In this document: piece after piece, positions 36,151 through 45,423 of the stretch
Layout of the letters: every line of letters starts with the position of its first letter
How positions within the stretch are numbered: the first letter of the stretch is position 1
Origin: a bacterium
Lineage (GTDB): Bacteria; Vulcanimicrobiota; Xenobia; Xenobiales; JADMJV01
Direction of reading: 5' to 3'
DNA length: 64,000 nt
Assembly: GCA_018780265.1 (NCBI GenBank)
Contig: JADMJV010000021.1
Location: 1 to 64,000 of the forward strand
Position numbers and translations under genes: made by a program
The notes under the pieces: generated by a model
Seen by the model: only the letters and a program-made list of their open reading frames with translations
Database searches by the model: none
Told to the model about the DNA's origin: nothing

Positions 36151-37267
36151 AGCCGTGTTGAGCGGGATTGTACAACCAGCGATCTTTGCCTATGCCGGCC
36201 AAACGGTTTAAAACAGTTTCGGGTTCCCCGGGCCGTTCGGCCGGGGGAATGGAGATCACGTAGGGGCGAACTTTGTGCCACCAGGCCGGGCCCCGGCTCG
36301 AGAAGGTGGAGGGCACGTAGCCCGGGGCGGCCGCAAAGGTGACTTCGATGCCACGCTGGCTGGCCGCCTGACGCACTTTGTCCAGCCAGGGGCCGGGCAG
36401 GCTGGGCAGGCCCACCATGCAGCCATTGAAGCCGTCTTTGGCAGCCTGGTCCAAAAAGCTGCGCAGACCCACTTCTTCGCGACCCTGGGCCGACAGGTTG
36501 CCGGATCGGGCCAGGAAGGTCAGCGCTTCATCGGCTCTTTCGCAATATCCCTGGTTGCCATCCGCCCCAAATCGCCAGCCCGAACCCAACAGTCCGCTCT
36601 CCAAAATATTGCGCAGCAGGCCGGCGCAAAACTCGTCTTGAGGGCCGGCCACCAGGTAGGCGCAGGTGCGCGGGGTGGGGCTGATGGCTCGCTCGGGCTG
36701 GCGCACCATCAGTTTGCCGGTGCGCGCGTAGAGCTTCCAGAGCATCAGTTTGGGCGGATCTCCGGCCGAATACTGGCGCATGTCCACGCGATCGCCAATG
36801 GGCTCACCGCGCAGGTCGGAGACATCCTCGCCGCCATGAAAGCTGATCACAAAGGTGTTGCGATTGATGGGCTGAGGCTTGGGCAAGACCGCCAGTTGCA
36901 GTGACTGCTTGCGGCGCAGCTTGATGCTGGCAAAACCGAGCACATCGGCGATCTCAAATTCGCGCACCACTGACGTGATCAGGCAGCGCTGTTGAAAGGT
37001 AAACTCCTCGTAGGCCCCTTCAAAGTCTGATCCCCAGCTCACCTGCACGCGTTCCGGCTCGAGCCAGCGCCAGCTCACCTCGACCAGAGGTATCCAGGGA
37101 GGGCGTCGGGCCAGGGGCAGCCGGCCCGGCACGCCGGTCAGCAAAGGATTGAGTTCACCCGGCAGCAGTTCGACCAACGATTTCCACCAGCGGTGAGTGA
37201 CGTAGGCGGCGATGCAGACCAGCAAAATGTTGAGCAAGGCCACGGCTGTCAGCACCAGCGAGGCCAT
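36107..37267 (-). CDS. DUF58 protein (MoxR partner). An upstream non-ATG start is possible.
   Basis: Two N-terminal TM helices, then 'RQYSAGDPPKLMLWKLYARTGKLMVRQPE' (DUF58 signature). The annotated ORF extends to 37993, but only M at 37267 avoids running through the divergent gene. Confidence 0.6.
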   Translation of the reverse strand: MASLVLTAVALLNILLVCIAAYVTHRWWKSLVELLPGELNPLLTGVPGRLPLARRPPWIPLVEVSWRWLEPERVQVSWGSDFEGAYEEFTFQQRCLITSVVREFEIADVLGFASIKLRRKQSLQLAVLPKPQPINRNTFVISFHGGEDVSDLRGEPIGDRVDMRQYSAGDPPKLMLWKLYARTGKLMVRQPERAISPTPRTCAYLVAGPQDEFCAGLLRNILESGLLGSGWRFGADGNQGYCERADEALTFLARSGNLSAQGREEVGLRSFLDQAAKDGFNGCMVGLPSLPGPWLDKVRQAASQRGIEVTFAAAPGYVPSTFSSRGPAWWHKVRPYVISIPPAERPGEPETVLNRLAGIGKDRWLYNPAQHGFVRYHESQGGKGLG

Positions 37268-37570
37268 CAACAGGATCAAGTCTTGCTGGATCAGGCCGAA
37301 GTAAACTAACAAAAGGCCCGCCCCGCCCAATAAGAAAAAACCGTTTAACTTAAGGGGGAAAAGTCGGCGGACCTGGCCCAGGAAAGGGAGAATTTTGCCT
37401 TTCCACAGCGAAGGTTTAGGTGAAGTGTCTGACGGCACCTTGTTCGTTTCGTGCCAACCGCGCCGGATCCCCTGCCCAGGGCAGGGTTCGCCATATAAGG
37501 TGCGAATTTTATAGAGTAGCACTGAAGGTCTGGCCTGCGTAGCCAGCCATGTAGGAGGAGAAGAACACAT

Positions 37571-38551
37571 ATGATGTGGGCCATGATGGGCGTCGGAATG
37601 CTGTTCAACGCCATTCAAGGAAACTCTCAAGCCGCGCAAATGCGCGAAATGCAAGCATCTCAGCAAGCTGAAATGCAAAAAATGACCAAGAGCATGCAAC
37701 AGCAGCAGGCGGCCATGAACGAGACGCCGTTTAGTTCGATGTTGCAGATCCAGACCGGTCTGCCGGAGTATCCCGAAGAGAACTTTTCCAACCTGCAAAA
37801 TATGCAGTTGGGCCACATGGATGCTCGTCAGGCGTTTACCGAGCAACTGGACAACGACCTGCAGAACGCCAAGACGGCCTTTTTTCAAGACAACCACTAC
37901 GAGACCGAGCTCGGTGCCGACGGTCGTCATAAGGTGGCCCAGGGTGACGAAGGCAAGCCCAACGTGAAGCCCGGTGCCGAGGGTCAGGACCAAAAGTTAG
38001 CCCGTTTGACCTTTGAAGGGGAAAAGAAGGCCGAACTGACCGAGAAACACACCGCCCAAAAAGAGCAGTTCATCAATAAGGAACGCGAGAACTTCAAAGA
38101 GTTCCTGGCCATGAATCGGGAACGAATGGAGAATCCTTACGTTCACGGCGAGTTGCAGAAGATGGTGGTGGCCACCAAGAAAAAGTCCCTAGACCTGCAG
38201 CAAAATCACGAAGATGAGCGCTGGCGCGTGGACTTGCCCCCGGATGAGAAGATTGCCGCCAGGTTGGATTCGGGCCTCAAGCAACTGCGCGATATGGACC
38301 AAGAGCATGTGGAAGCCGAAGAAAACTCCCCCGACGCCAAAGAGTTGATGGAACACGACCAGAAGGTTGCCGCCATCCTCTATGACCACAAGAAGAATGC
38401 CCAGCAGGAGAAGTCGGACGAGAACTTCACCATGGACCCCCGCAAAATGATGGCCGCAGCTCAACAGCGCCGCGAACCCAAAGACGTGGGTCAGTCACTC
38501 CCCAGCTATCTGACCAACGCGATGTACGAACTGGGCGTCTACAGCGTCTAA
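37571..38551 (+). CDS. Gln/Glu/Lys-rich hypothetical protein with a short hydrophobic N-terminus.
   Basis: GGAGGAG Shine-Dalgarno before the ATG. 'MMWAMMGVGMLFNAIQG' followed by Q/E/K-rich helical sequence. Confidence 0.45.
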   Translation: MMWAMMGVGMLFNAIQGNSQAAQMREMQASQQAEMQKMTKSMQQQQAAMNETPFSSMLQIQTGLPEYPEENFSNLQNMQLGHMDARQAFTEQLDNDLQNAKTAFFQDNHYETELGADGRHKVAQGDEGKPNVKPGAEGQDQKLARLTFEGEKKAELTEKHTAQKEQFINKERENFKEFLAMNRERMENPYVHGELQKMVVATKKKSLDLQQNHEDERWRVDLPPDEKIAARLDSGLKQLRDMDQEHVEAEENSPDAKELMEHDQKVAAILYDHKKNAQQEKSDENFTMDPRKMMAAAQQRREPKDVGQSLPSYLTNAMYELGVYSV

Positions 38552-38568
38552 CCGAACCACTCGCAACG

Positions 38569-38597
38569 AAAAAAGGCGCGCCAGCGTCTTTTTTTTT
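38569..38597 (+). terminator. Rho-independent terminator (A6, GGCGC-gcca-GCGUC hairpin with one G.U, then T9) between convergent genes.
   Basis: Read from the sequence, 18 nt after the + gene stop. The A-tract upstream gives a weaker minus-strand reading too. Confidence 0.6.
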
Positions 38598-38637
38598 GCC
38601 CCCACAGGGCCTGTGCTAGCATCCGCTAACACCCGTG

Positions 38638-39153
38638 CTAGCATCCCCGGTCCCGCGAGTCACGCCATGGGGATCCCAGGATTTTTTGGGCCTGGCTTCG
38701 GAAGATGGCCCCCACCCTCAAGGCCTTGATGTCGCCCTCGGTCACCGTAATGTCGGGCAACCCCAAGAGCGTCCTGCGCGCCTTATCGTATTCCGTCTCG
38801 TGAGTGGGGCCGTTAAACTCCAACATGGCCCACGCCCCCTTCACCCCCTTGCGCAGCCAGATCAAGCCGTCCAATCGAAAGGTGCTGCGCAGACGCAAGC
38901 TGATCTGGGGCCAGGCTACAAATAGAATCCCTTCCGTCTGGCCATACAGTCCCGCCAGTCGGCGCTCACCCAACAACCTGTCCAGCCTATCCACCACCGG
39001 ATGCAGCCCAAAGCCGGCCTCGTGCGGATTGTAGATCTGGGGCCGGGCATTCAAGGCCGCCACCTGAAACCACCCGTAAGCTTCCAACGCCGACTCCGAT
39101 TCCATCTTGCCCATCATCCTGCTGGGTGCGACCATCGACTCCAAGTTTGCCAA
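38638..39153 (-). CDS. Hypothetical protein. It may be the C-terminal domain of the upstream HTH gene, split by a +1 frameshift.
   Basis: 171-aa ORF whose 5' 167 nt overlap the XRE ORF in a different frame. The only internal Met candidates still overlap. Confidence 0.3.
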   Translation of the reverse strand: MANLESMVAPSRMMGKMESESALEAYGWFQVAALNARPQIYNPHEAGFGLHPVVDRLDRLLGERRLAGLYGQTEGILFVAWPQISLRLRSTFRLDGLIWLRKGVKGAWAMLEFNGPTHETEYDKARRTLLGLPDITVTEGDIKALRVGAIFRSQAQKILGSPWRDSRDRGC

Positions 39154-39436
39154 TCCAATAGCCCCAGTTCCGCAGCGCCTTCTCCCACGGATCGCGATTG
39201 ACCAACTTCAACGGGTAGGGCGCGGTGAGGAACCATTTACGCAGTTGCTGGCCCGAAAACATGTCCAGCGCCGAAGGAATCGGCCCAAACGCAGCCAGCT
39301 CTTCAGCCACCTCTTCCGGTGGCAACGACAAGCCCGCCTCAATCTGACTCCAGCGCTGCCGGGATATGCCGCATTTGTCGGCCATCTGTTGCTGAGTCAG
39401 ACACCGCCTGACACGAATTTCTCTGAGCATCTCCAT
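38987..39436 (-). CDS. XRE-family helix-turn-helix transcriptional regulator.
   Basis: 'LTQQQMADKCGISRQRWSQIEAG' is an HTH_XRE motif. The C-terminal 50 aa are low-complexity 'GVDGRTQQDDGQDGIGVGVGS...', suggesting read-through into another frame. Confidence 0.55.
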   Translation of the reverse strand: MEMLREIRVRRCLTQQQMADKCGISRQRWSQIEAGLSLPPEEVAEELAAFGPIPSALDMFSGQQLRKWFLTAPYPLKLVNRDPWEKALRNWGYWIGKLGVDGRTQQDDGQDGIGVGVGSLRVVSGGGLECPAPDLQSARGRLWAASGGG

Positions 39437-39488
39437 GCCCAGACCTTACTTCATCCAGTACTACCAGATTTCTACAAACACTCCGCCG

Positions 39489-39513
39489 AAAAAAAAAGAC
39501 CCCGCGAGGGGCC
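39489..39513 (-). terminator. Rho-independent terminator for the subtilase gene.
   Basis: On the minus strand, GGCCCC-ucgc-GGGGUC followed by U9, 33 nt after the stop. Confidence 0.6.
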
Positions 39514-39545
39514 TTAACAAGAGGCTCATTTGAAACTTAGGGGCT

Positions 39546-41759
39546 TTAGCCGCCGGCGATGACGGCGTTGCCAAAACTGAAGCCGTCGCCCGTGACCGAG
39601 CCGTCCGAGGTGAGGCGGAAGCGGAACTGGATGTCCTGGCCATCGAACTTGGAGAGGTCGACGGTCTGGGACTTCCAGTCACTGCTGCCGGTGTAGCTGG
39701 CCTGGGGGGCCCAGGTCTGGCCGTCGCTGCTGACTTCCAGAGCGACCTTGTCATACTTGTTCTCGGTGGCCCACCTGGCGTCGAAGATCAGCTTGGAGCC
39801 GCTCAGGTTGGCCAGCGAAATCGACTTGCTGGTGATGGCGCTGTTGGCATTGTTGCCGTAGTCGCCACTGGGGCTGTCGGTCCATACTTTGCCGCGACCG
39901 GCCACTCCAACCTGACCCCAGTCGGTGGTGGTGAAGTTCTCCGGGCTGCCATTGTCTTCAAAGGCCAACTGGGCGGCGGGAACGACGGCGGAGGTGGTGA
40001 CCACTTCCGACGCCTGGCCCACTTTGTCGGTGGAACGCAGCGCGAAGAAGTAGGTCTTTTCCTGACCGCTCAACGGCACGTCCACCGCGTAGGACTCGGC
40101 CGAGCCGGGCTCGCCGGGGCGACCCACATTGACGACCGTGGCCTCTTCAAAGCTCACCTGACCCTGGCCAGGGGTGCCGTCCACTATCGGGCGGTCGCTG
40201 ACGCGAACCTGGTAGCGAGCCGCTTTGCCGCCCTCTGCGCCGTCGTCACCCGAGGCCACCCAGCCCAAGGTGACCTTACCGGCCTTGGCTTCGCTTACCG
40301 CAAAGCTGTTGGGAGTGCCCGGCGCACCAAAGTCGGGGGCCAGCGCCTTGGCGGCGTTGAGGCGGCCACCGGTGAGCACCTTGCCATTGAAGGCGGGTAC
40401 GTCGTCCACGCTGTTGAGCAGGCGGGCTTTGATCTCAGCATTGGTGATGCCTGGATACTGGGCCACAATCAGGCCGGCCACGCCAGACACGTGAGGAGTG
40501 GCCATCGAGGTGCCGTCAAGATTCTTGTATTTGTTGCCGGGTGCCGTCGAGTAGATGGCCACACCAGGGGCGGCCAAGTCTACCGTGGTGGCGCCGTAGT
40601 TGGAGAAGCTGGCCATACGCTCGTTGCGGTCGCTGGCAGCTACCGACACGATGTTGTCCAGGTCATAGGTGCAAGGATAGGTGGCCGAGGCATCGTTGTT
40701 GTTGGAGTCGTTGCCGGCGGCGATTAAGTGCAGAGCTGGCGAAGCCTCAAAGGCGTCCTTGAGGGCCTGGTTGTAGGGTCCGCCGCCCCACGAATTGGAC
40801 GTAAGGCGAGCGCCGTTATCGCTGGCAAACACGATGCCTTTGATGGCGTCGGCCAGGGTACCACCGCCGCTGTTGCTGAGGAATTTAATGGGCATGATGC
40901 TGGCTTCGTGGTTCACTCCATACACGCCATCGGTGCCGTTGCCGGCGATGGTCCCGTAGCAGTGAGTGCCGTGATAGTGGTCGTCCATGGGGTCGTGGCT
41001 GTCGTTGATGGCGTTGTAGCCATGGGTTCCATCCTGAGGATTGGTCCAGGCATTGCTGGCCAAAGTCTTGTGAGTGTAGTCGCCACCCGTGTCGATCACC
41101 GCGATCACGTTGTTGCGGTTACCATGGGTGATGCTCCAGGCTTCGGGAGCGTCGATGTCGGTGTCGACCTTGCCGCCGTTCTGGCCGGTGTTGTGCAGTC
41201 CCCACAGGTTGGGGCTCAGATTGGCCGGCAGATCCTGGGGGCCCTCGTCGGGCTGATTGTCCTGTCCCGGCTGGCCGGGCTGGACCGGCTGCTCCAGGGG
41301 AACTTCGCGGGTCACGGGGATCTGAATGCGGTCATTGGTGGCCGCGTAGGCCACGCGGGAGTCTTTGTTCATGGCCACCATCGCTTCGGCCGTGGTCATT
41401 CCCTCCGGCAGCGAGACGCGCAACAGATCGCCGTTAAAGGCTGCCGACATCTGGCCGCCCATCTTGATGCGCTCTTCCACTTTGGCGCCGTAGTCACCGG
41501 CAAAATCGCCCATCCCGCGCACATCCAGGCCCGGCTTGAGCTTGACCAGCACTTCGCCTTCCACGTGGTCGGCCAATTTGGGGGCCAAAGAGCGTGCTTC
41601 GCTGGCGGTGGCCGAAAGTACGTCGGCCAGTCGGAATTCCTGAGCGGGGCGAGAGTTGTTTTCGAGACGGTCGCCCGGTTGGTCCTTGACAGCCGCGCCG
41701 CTTAACAATTTTGAACCGGGTGCGGGGGCGCCGCCCTGGAAACGAATTTCGTTGATCAT
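39546..41759 (-). CDS. Secreted subtilisin-like serine protease (S8) with an N-terminal propeptide and C-terminal beta-rich domains.
   Basis: Catalytic triad motifs 'VIAVIDTGGD', 'HGTHCYGTIAG', 'GTSMATPHVSGVAGL'. AGGAGG Shine-Dalgarno before the start. Confidence 0.85.
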   Translation of the reverse strand: MINEIRFQGGAPAPGSKLLSGAAVKDQPGDRLENNSRPAQEFRLADVLSATASEARSLAPKLADHVEGEVLVKLKPGLDVRGMGDFAGDYGAKVEERIKMGGQMSAAFNGDLLRVSLPEGMTTAEAMVAMNKDSRVAYAATNDRIQIPVTREVPLEQPVQPGQPGQDNQPDEGPQDLPANLSPNLWGLHNTGQNGGKVDTDIDAPEAWSITHGNRNNVIAVIDTGGDYTHKTLASNAWTNPQDGTHGYNAINDSHDPMDDHYHGTHCYGTIAGNGTDGVYGVNHEASIMPIKFLSNSGGGTLADAIKGIVFASDNGARLTSNSWGGGPYNQALKDAFEASPALHLIAAGNDSNNNDASATYPCTYDLDNIVSVAASDRNERMASFSNYGATTVDLAAPGVAIYSTAPGNKYKNLDGTSMATPHVSGVAGLIVAQYPGITNAEIKARLLNSVDDVPAFNGKVLTGGRLNAAKALAPDFGAPGTPNSFAVSEAKAGKVTLGWVASGDDGAEGGKAARYQVRVSDRPIVDGTPGQGQVSFEEATVVNVGRPGEPGSAESYAVDVPLSGQEKTYFFALRSTDKVGQASEVVTTSAVVPAAQLAFEDNGSPENFTTTDWGQVGVAGRGKVWTDSPSGDYGNNANSAITSKSISLANLSGSKLIFDARWATENKYDKVALEVSSDGQTWAPQASYTGSSDWKSQTVDLSKFDGQDIQFRFRLTSDGSVTGDGFSFGNAVIAGG

Positions 41760-41919
41760 TTGAGCCTCCTGAGGTGTGTGGACCCCTCCTCAGCCGGGAG
41801 CGGTTCTCCGTCCCTTACGTTACGCGGTGAGGGCAACTGCATGTGTGAGGAAAATGTGAACGTATGCATAGATCTACCCGGCAAAGGGCCTCGCCGCCAG
41901 CTTGAGGAAGGCTGAGCTC

Positions 41920-44271
41920 ATGGCAGAACTGAAGCCCTCCAGAAGTCTGGGATTTGGCCTGGGTCTGGTCACCGGTGCCACGCTGGTGTTACAGACCGCT
42001 CTAACGCGCCTGTTTTCGGTGATCTTTCTCTACCATTTTGCACTGGTGGCCGTCTCCTCGGCCATGTTCGGAATGGCCGTGGGGGCCGTGCTGGTGCACT
42101 TGTGGCCGCGAGTTTTTCCGCAAGATCAGTCGCAACAACGAGCCGCAGACTGCGCCAGTTTCATGGGCCTGGCCACCGTGGTTGGACTGCTTGGCTGCCT
42201 CTACGTTCCCTTTGAACTTTCCACCAACGCCCTCGGCATCATGGGATTTCTGGCCTGGATGCTCTTTGTGGTCACGCCCTTTCTGTTCTCGGGACTGACC
42301 GTCTGCTTATGTCTGACTCGCTTTCCCCAGATCGTGGGAAAACTCTACGCCTTCGACCTGGCCGGGGCGGCTCTGGGCTGCCTGTTGGCGGCCGGCCTGC
42401 TCAATCACGTGGGACCTTACAACACCGTTTTGCTGGCCGCCTGGTTGGCTGCCATGGGTGGAGTGCTCATGTCCACTTCCACCGCTCGCCGGCGCCTGAC
42501 TGGTGCGGTAGCCGCGCTGCTCGGCCTGGTGCTGGTGGGCAACTTCTTCACCCACACCCTCAAAATCAAATACGTGCTGGGGCGCCCTTACGCCCCCAAA
42601 GACACTCGCTATGAGCTGTGGAACGCATTTTCTTACCTGTTTGTGAGCGCACCCCGCGACAAAATGATCCTCTGGGGTCCCGGAGACCGCTTCAAGCCCA
42701 GCCTCTTTAAGCCCGAATACATGTTGCTGCTCATGGACACCCGAGCGGCCACCCGCATGATTCGCTTCGACGGCGACTACAACGCCGTCAGCTGGCTCAA
42801 TTGGGACGTCATCAGCCTGGCCCACGACCTGCGTCCCACCGGACGGGTGCTGGTGATTGGCCCGGGTGGCGGCCGCGACATTCTGGCCGCCTTGATTCCC
42901 GCCAAGGGAAACCGCCTGGTTACCGGGGTCGAGATCAATCCTTTGACCCGCCACGTCGTCATGGACCTGGAGAAAGACTACAACGGCCTGAGCAAAGTCC
43001 CCGGAGTCAATTACGTCAACGATGAAGCCCGCAGTTGGCTGGCCCGCGATCCCAACCGCTATCAGGTGATCACCGTGCCCCTGGTGGACACCTGGGCCTC
43101 TACCTCAGCGGGCGCTTTTGCCCTCAGCGAAAACAGCCTCTACACCGTGGAGGCCTTTCGCCTCTACTTGCAACACCTGGAGGCGAGAGGGGTCTTGAGC
43201 GTCAGCCGCTGGTGGCATGCGGGCAGTATCGGCGAAACTCACCGATTGATGATCCTGGCAGCCGAAGCTTTACGCCAGCAAGGCATTTCTCAGCCCCGCC
43301 AACACCTTATTCTGGCCCTGGGCGCCGACGTGGTCAACCTGTTGGCCAGCCCCAGCCCCTTCACGCCAGAAGATGAGGCCAGCCTGCGCCAGGCCTGCGA
43401 ACAGCGCGGCTACCAGGTGTTGCTCAGCCCATCCCATTGCGCCGATCCTCGGCTGGAGAACTTTCTGGCTCACCCCGAACAGGCCAGCGGTTGGTTTGGC
43501 GACGTGCACCTGGACCTGTCGCCCACCACCGACAACCGCCCCTATTTCTTTCACAGTTTCTCGTTGCGCAATCTGTTTACGGGCAACCTCAAAACGGCTA
43601 CAGGTACCACCACATCCGAACGCGACGCCATGGTTATCCTGTCCTCGCTGGTGGTGGCTGTCACGGCCGTGGCTGTGGGCTTCTGGGTTTGGCCGGCGCG
43701 CGCCTGCACCGGGTCTCAGCGGGCCATGCTCACTTACTTCGCCTGCCTGGGCTTTGGATTCATGTATTTTGAGTCTGCCCAGTTGCAGCGTCTCAACCTG
43801 TTTTTGGGCTATCCCGTCTACTCTATCACTGTGGTGCTTTTCACCCTGTTGCTTTCTTCTTCACTGGGGTCGTGGTGGGCCGAAAAGCGCCTGCGCCTCA
43901 ACCAGTTTCCCACCGTCAAGGTGGCCCTGGTGCTGATCGGCTCGCTGCTGCTGGTCAACTTCCTTACCCTGCAGGCTCTGCACAGCCTGGCCGGGGCCAC
44001 CACCGCAGTCCGCATCGTGGTGGCCGGCCTGCTCATGTCCATGATGGGTCTGCCGCTGGGAACCATGTTCCCCTACGGCCTGCAACTGGCCCAAAAGGCC
44101 GAAGTCTCACTGGCCTGGTGCTGGGCCCTCAATGGGGCAGCCTCGGCGGCCGCCGCCGTCTATGCCATCGCTTTCTCGCTCAGCTACGGGATCGAATTTA
44201 CTTACTGGTTGAGTGTGCTCAGCTACCTGGTGGCTTTCGCCCTGATCTGGAAGCCCGCTAGTCGAGTTTGA
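41920..44271 (+). CDS. Polytopic membrane protein fused to a spermidine-synthase-like (PABS/AdoMet-MTase fold) domain.
   Basis: N- and C-terminal multi-TM regions flank 'RVLVIGPGGGRDILAAL' (GxGxG SAM-binding) and 'VTGVEINP'. GAGGAAGG Shine-Dalgarno before the ATG at 41920. Confidence 0.55.
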   Translation: MAELKPSRSLGFGLGLVTGATLVLQTALTRLFSVIFLYHFALVAVSSAMFGMAVGAVLVHLWPRVFPQDQSQQRAADCASFMGLATVVGLLGCLYVPFELSTNALGIMGFLAWMLFVVTPFLFSGLTVCLCLTRFPQIVGKLYAFDLAGAALGCLLAAGLLNHVGPYNTVLLAAWLAAMGGVLMSTSTARRRLTGAVAALLGLVLVGNFFTHTLKIKYVLGRPYAPKDTRYELWNAFSYLFVSAPRDKMILWGPGDRFKPSLFKPEYMLLLMDTRAATRMIRFDGDYNAVSWLNWDVISLAHDLRPTGRVLVIGPGGGRDILAALIPAKGNRLVTGVEINPLTRHVVMDLEKDYNGLSKVPGVNYVNDEARSWLARDPNRYQVITVPLVDTWASTSAGAFALSENSLYTVEAFRLYLQHLEARGVLSVSRWWHAGSIGETHRLMILAAEALRQQGISQPRQHLILALGADVVNLLASPSPFTPEDEASLRQACEQRGYQVLLSPSHCADPRLENFLAHPEQASGWFGDVHLDLSPTTDNRPYFFHSFSLRNLFTGNLKTATGTTTSERDAMVILSSLVVAVTAVAVGFWVWPARACTGSQRAMLTYFACLGFGFMYFESAQLQRLNLFLGYPVYSITVVLFTLLLSSSLGSWWAEKRLRLNQFPTVKVALVLIGSLLLVNFLTLQALHSLAGATTAVRIVVAGLLMSMMGLPLGTMFPYGLQLAQKAEVSLAWCWALNGAASAAAAVYAIAFSLSYGIEFTYWLSVLSYLVAFALIWKPASRV

Positions 44272-45394
44272 TCGAGCGCGACGACACCTTGGGCCCCACC
44301 TCGCCCGTGCTGGCGGCCACCGCCGGAGCCGCCTCCGCATGTTGACGGGCTGCCGCTGCAGCCGCCGCGGCGGCCGCTTCGGCTTTGTTGGCCGCATCGG
44401 CGTGCTGGTGAATGATCGACAGATACACCAGTCGCACCAGGTTGACCTGTTCGTCGCTGCGCATGCGGTTGCTGAAAAACTGCTTCAAACCCGACACCGT
44501 TCCCAGCACGCGCTGCCAGCCAGATTTTGGAGCGTGCTCCTGGGGGGCTTCGGTGGCAATGCCCACCACGTTATCGCATGCCTCCAGGCATAGCCCTTCC
44601 AGGGTGCCGGCGCTGTCCAGCGTAAGTTGCGCCGCCTGCATGGCGGCCAGTTTGTCGCCTTCGGGGGTCTCCACGCCGCGCTTGGGCGTGACCTCTACCT
44701 GGTGCCCCCAATACATGTTGTTGACGCGTCGCACCATCTCGCCCGAAGCCTCGTGGCTGATACCGCCGGCCACGGCGATGTCGCGCAGAAGTCGTTCTTC
44801 TTCAAAAGCCAGTCGTCCATCGGCCAGACTGATCACGGCCGCCAGGGTCACCGCCTGTTCGGCCCGCTCGGGAGATTTGCGCAACTGCTCCAGAGCCTGC
44901 TCCACTTCCGGCTGTTTGAGGCCCTCCAATCCCCATTCGGAACATTTCTGGCGCCATTGCTCGGTGAGTTTTTGGCGCGCGGAGCGCGAAGGCACCACCA
45001 GGCTGGCGGCCTTCTCCAGCAGACGCACCTTGGGCCCGATGGCATCGGCCGGACCGGCTGCAATCAAGACGCACGACACCCACCAGATCGGCCCCAGATA
45101 TTGAGCCGCGTCGTCGGCGATACGGATTCGCAGGGCGCGCTCCAACTCGTCGTTGTTGTCGTGACCGCTGCTGTCGATGCCCCAGTGCTGGGCCAGCCAT
45201 TGCAAAGAGGCCCACTCGATGGCGGCCGGATCGTGGCTGGAGCAGCCCACCGTTTTGCCTGCCCACTGAATGATCTGCGCGCGCATTTGCGCTTCGTCCA
45301 AGCCATCGCGATTTTTCGCGTGGGTGAGCTTGAGCAGTTCGCCTAGCTCGGCCTGTCTCATCAGTTGCAATCCCTCTAACATAGAGCCCTCCAA
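44258..45394 (-). CDS. Hypothetical protein with a TerB-like segment and a poly-Ala C-terminal tract.
   Basis: 'VISLADGRLAFEEERLLRDIAVAGGI' is TerB-like. C-terminal 'AEAAAAAAAAAARQ'. 29 nt downstream of the PduO-type gene on the same strand. Confidence 0.35.
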   Translation of the reverse strand: MEGSMLEGLQLMRQAELGELLKLTHAKNRDGLDEAQMRAQIIQWAGKTVGCSSHDPAAIEWASLQWLAQHWGIDSSGHDNNDELERALRIRIADDAAQYLGPIWWVSCVLIAAGPADAIGPKVRLLEKAASLVVPSRSARQKLTEQWRQKCSEWGLEGLKQPEVEQALEQLRKSPERAEQAVTLAAVISLADGRLAFEEERLLRDIAVAGGISHEASGEMVRRVNNMYWGHQVEVTPKRGVETPEGDKLAAMQAAQLTLDSAGTLEGLCLEACDNVVGIATEAPQEHAPKSGWQRVLGTVSGLKQFFSNRMRSDEQVNLVRLVYLSIIHQHADAANKAEAAAAAAAAAARQHAEAAPAVAASTGEVGPKVSSRSIKLD

Positions 45395-45423
45395 AAAACG
45401 ATTTTGGCAGATTCTCCGGCCCC

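Noticed and set aside
38575-38582. GGCGCGCC 8-bp palindrome considered as a terminator stem.
   Set aside because: A self-complementary 8-mer with no loop cannot form a hairpin. The workable structure is the offset GGCGC-gcca-GCGUC stem reported as the terminator.
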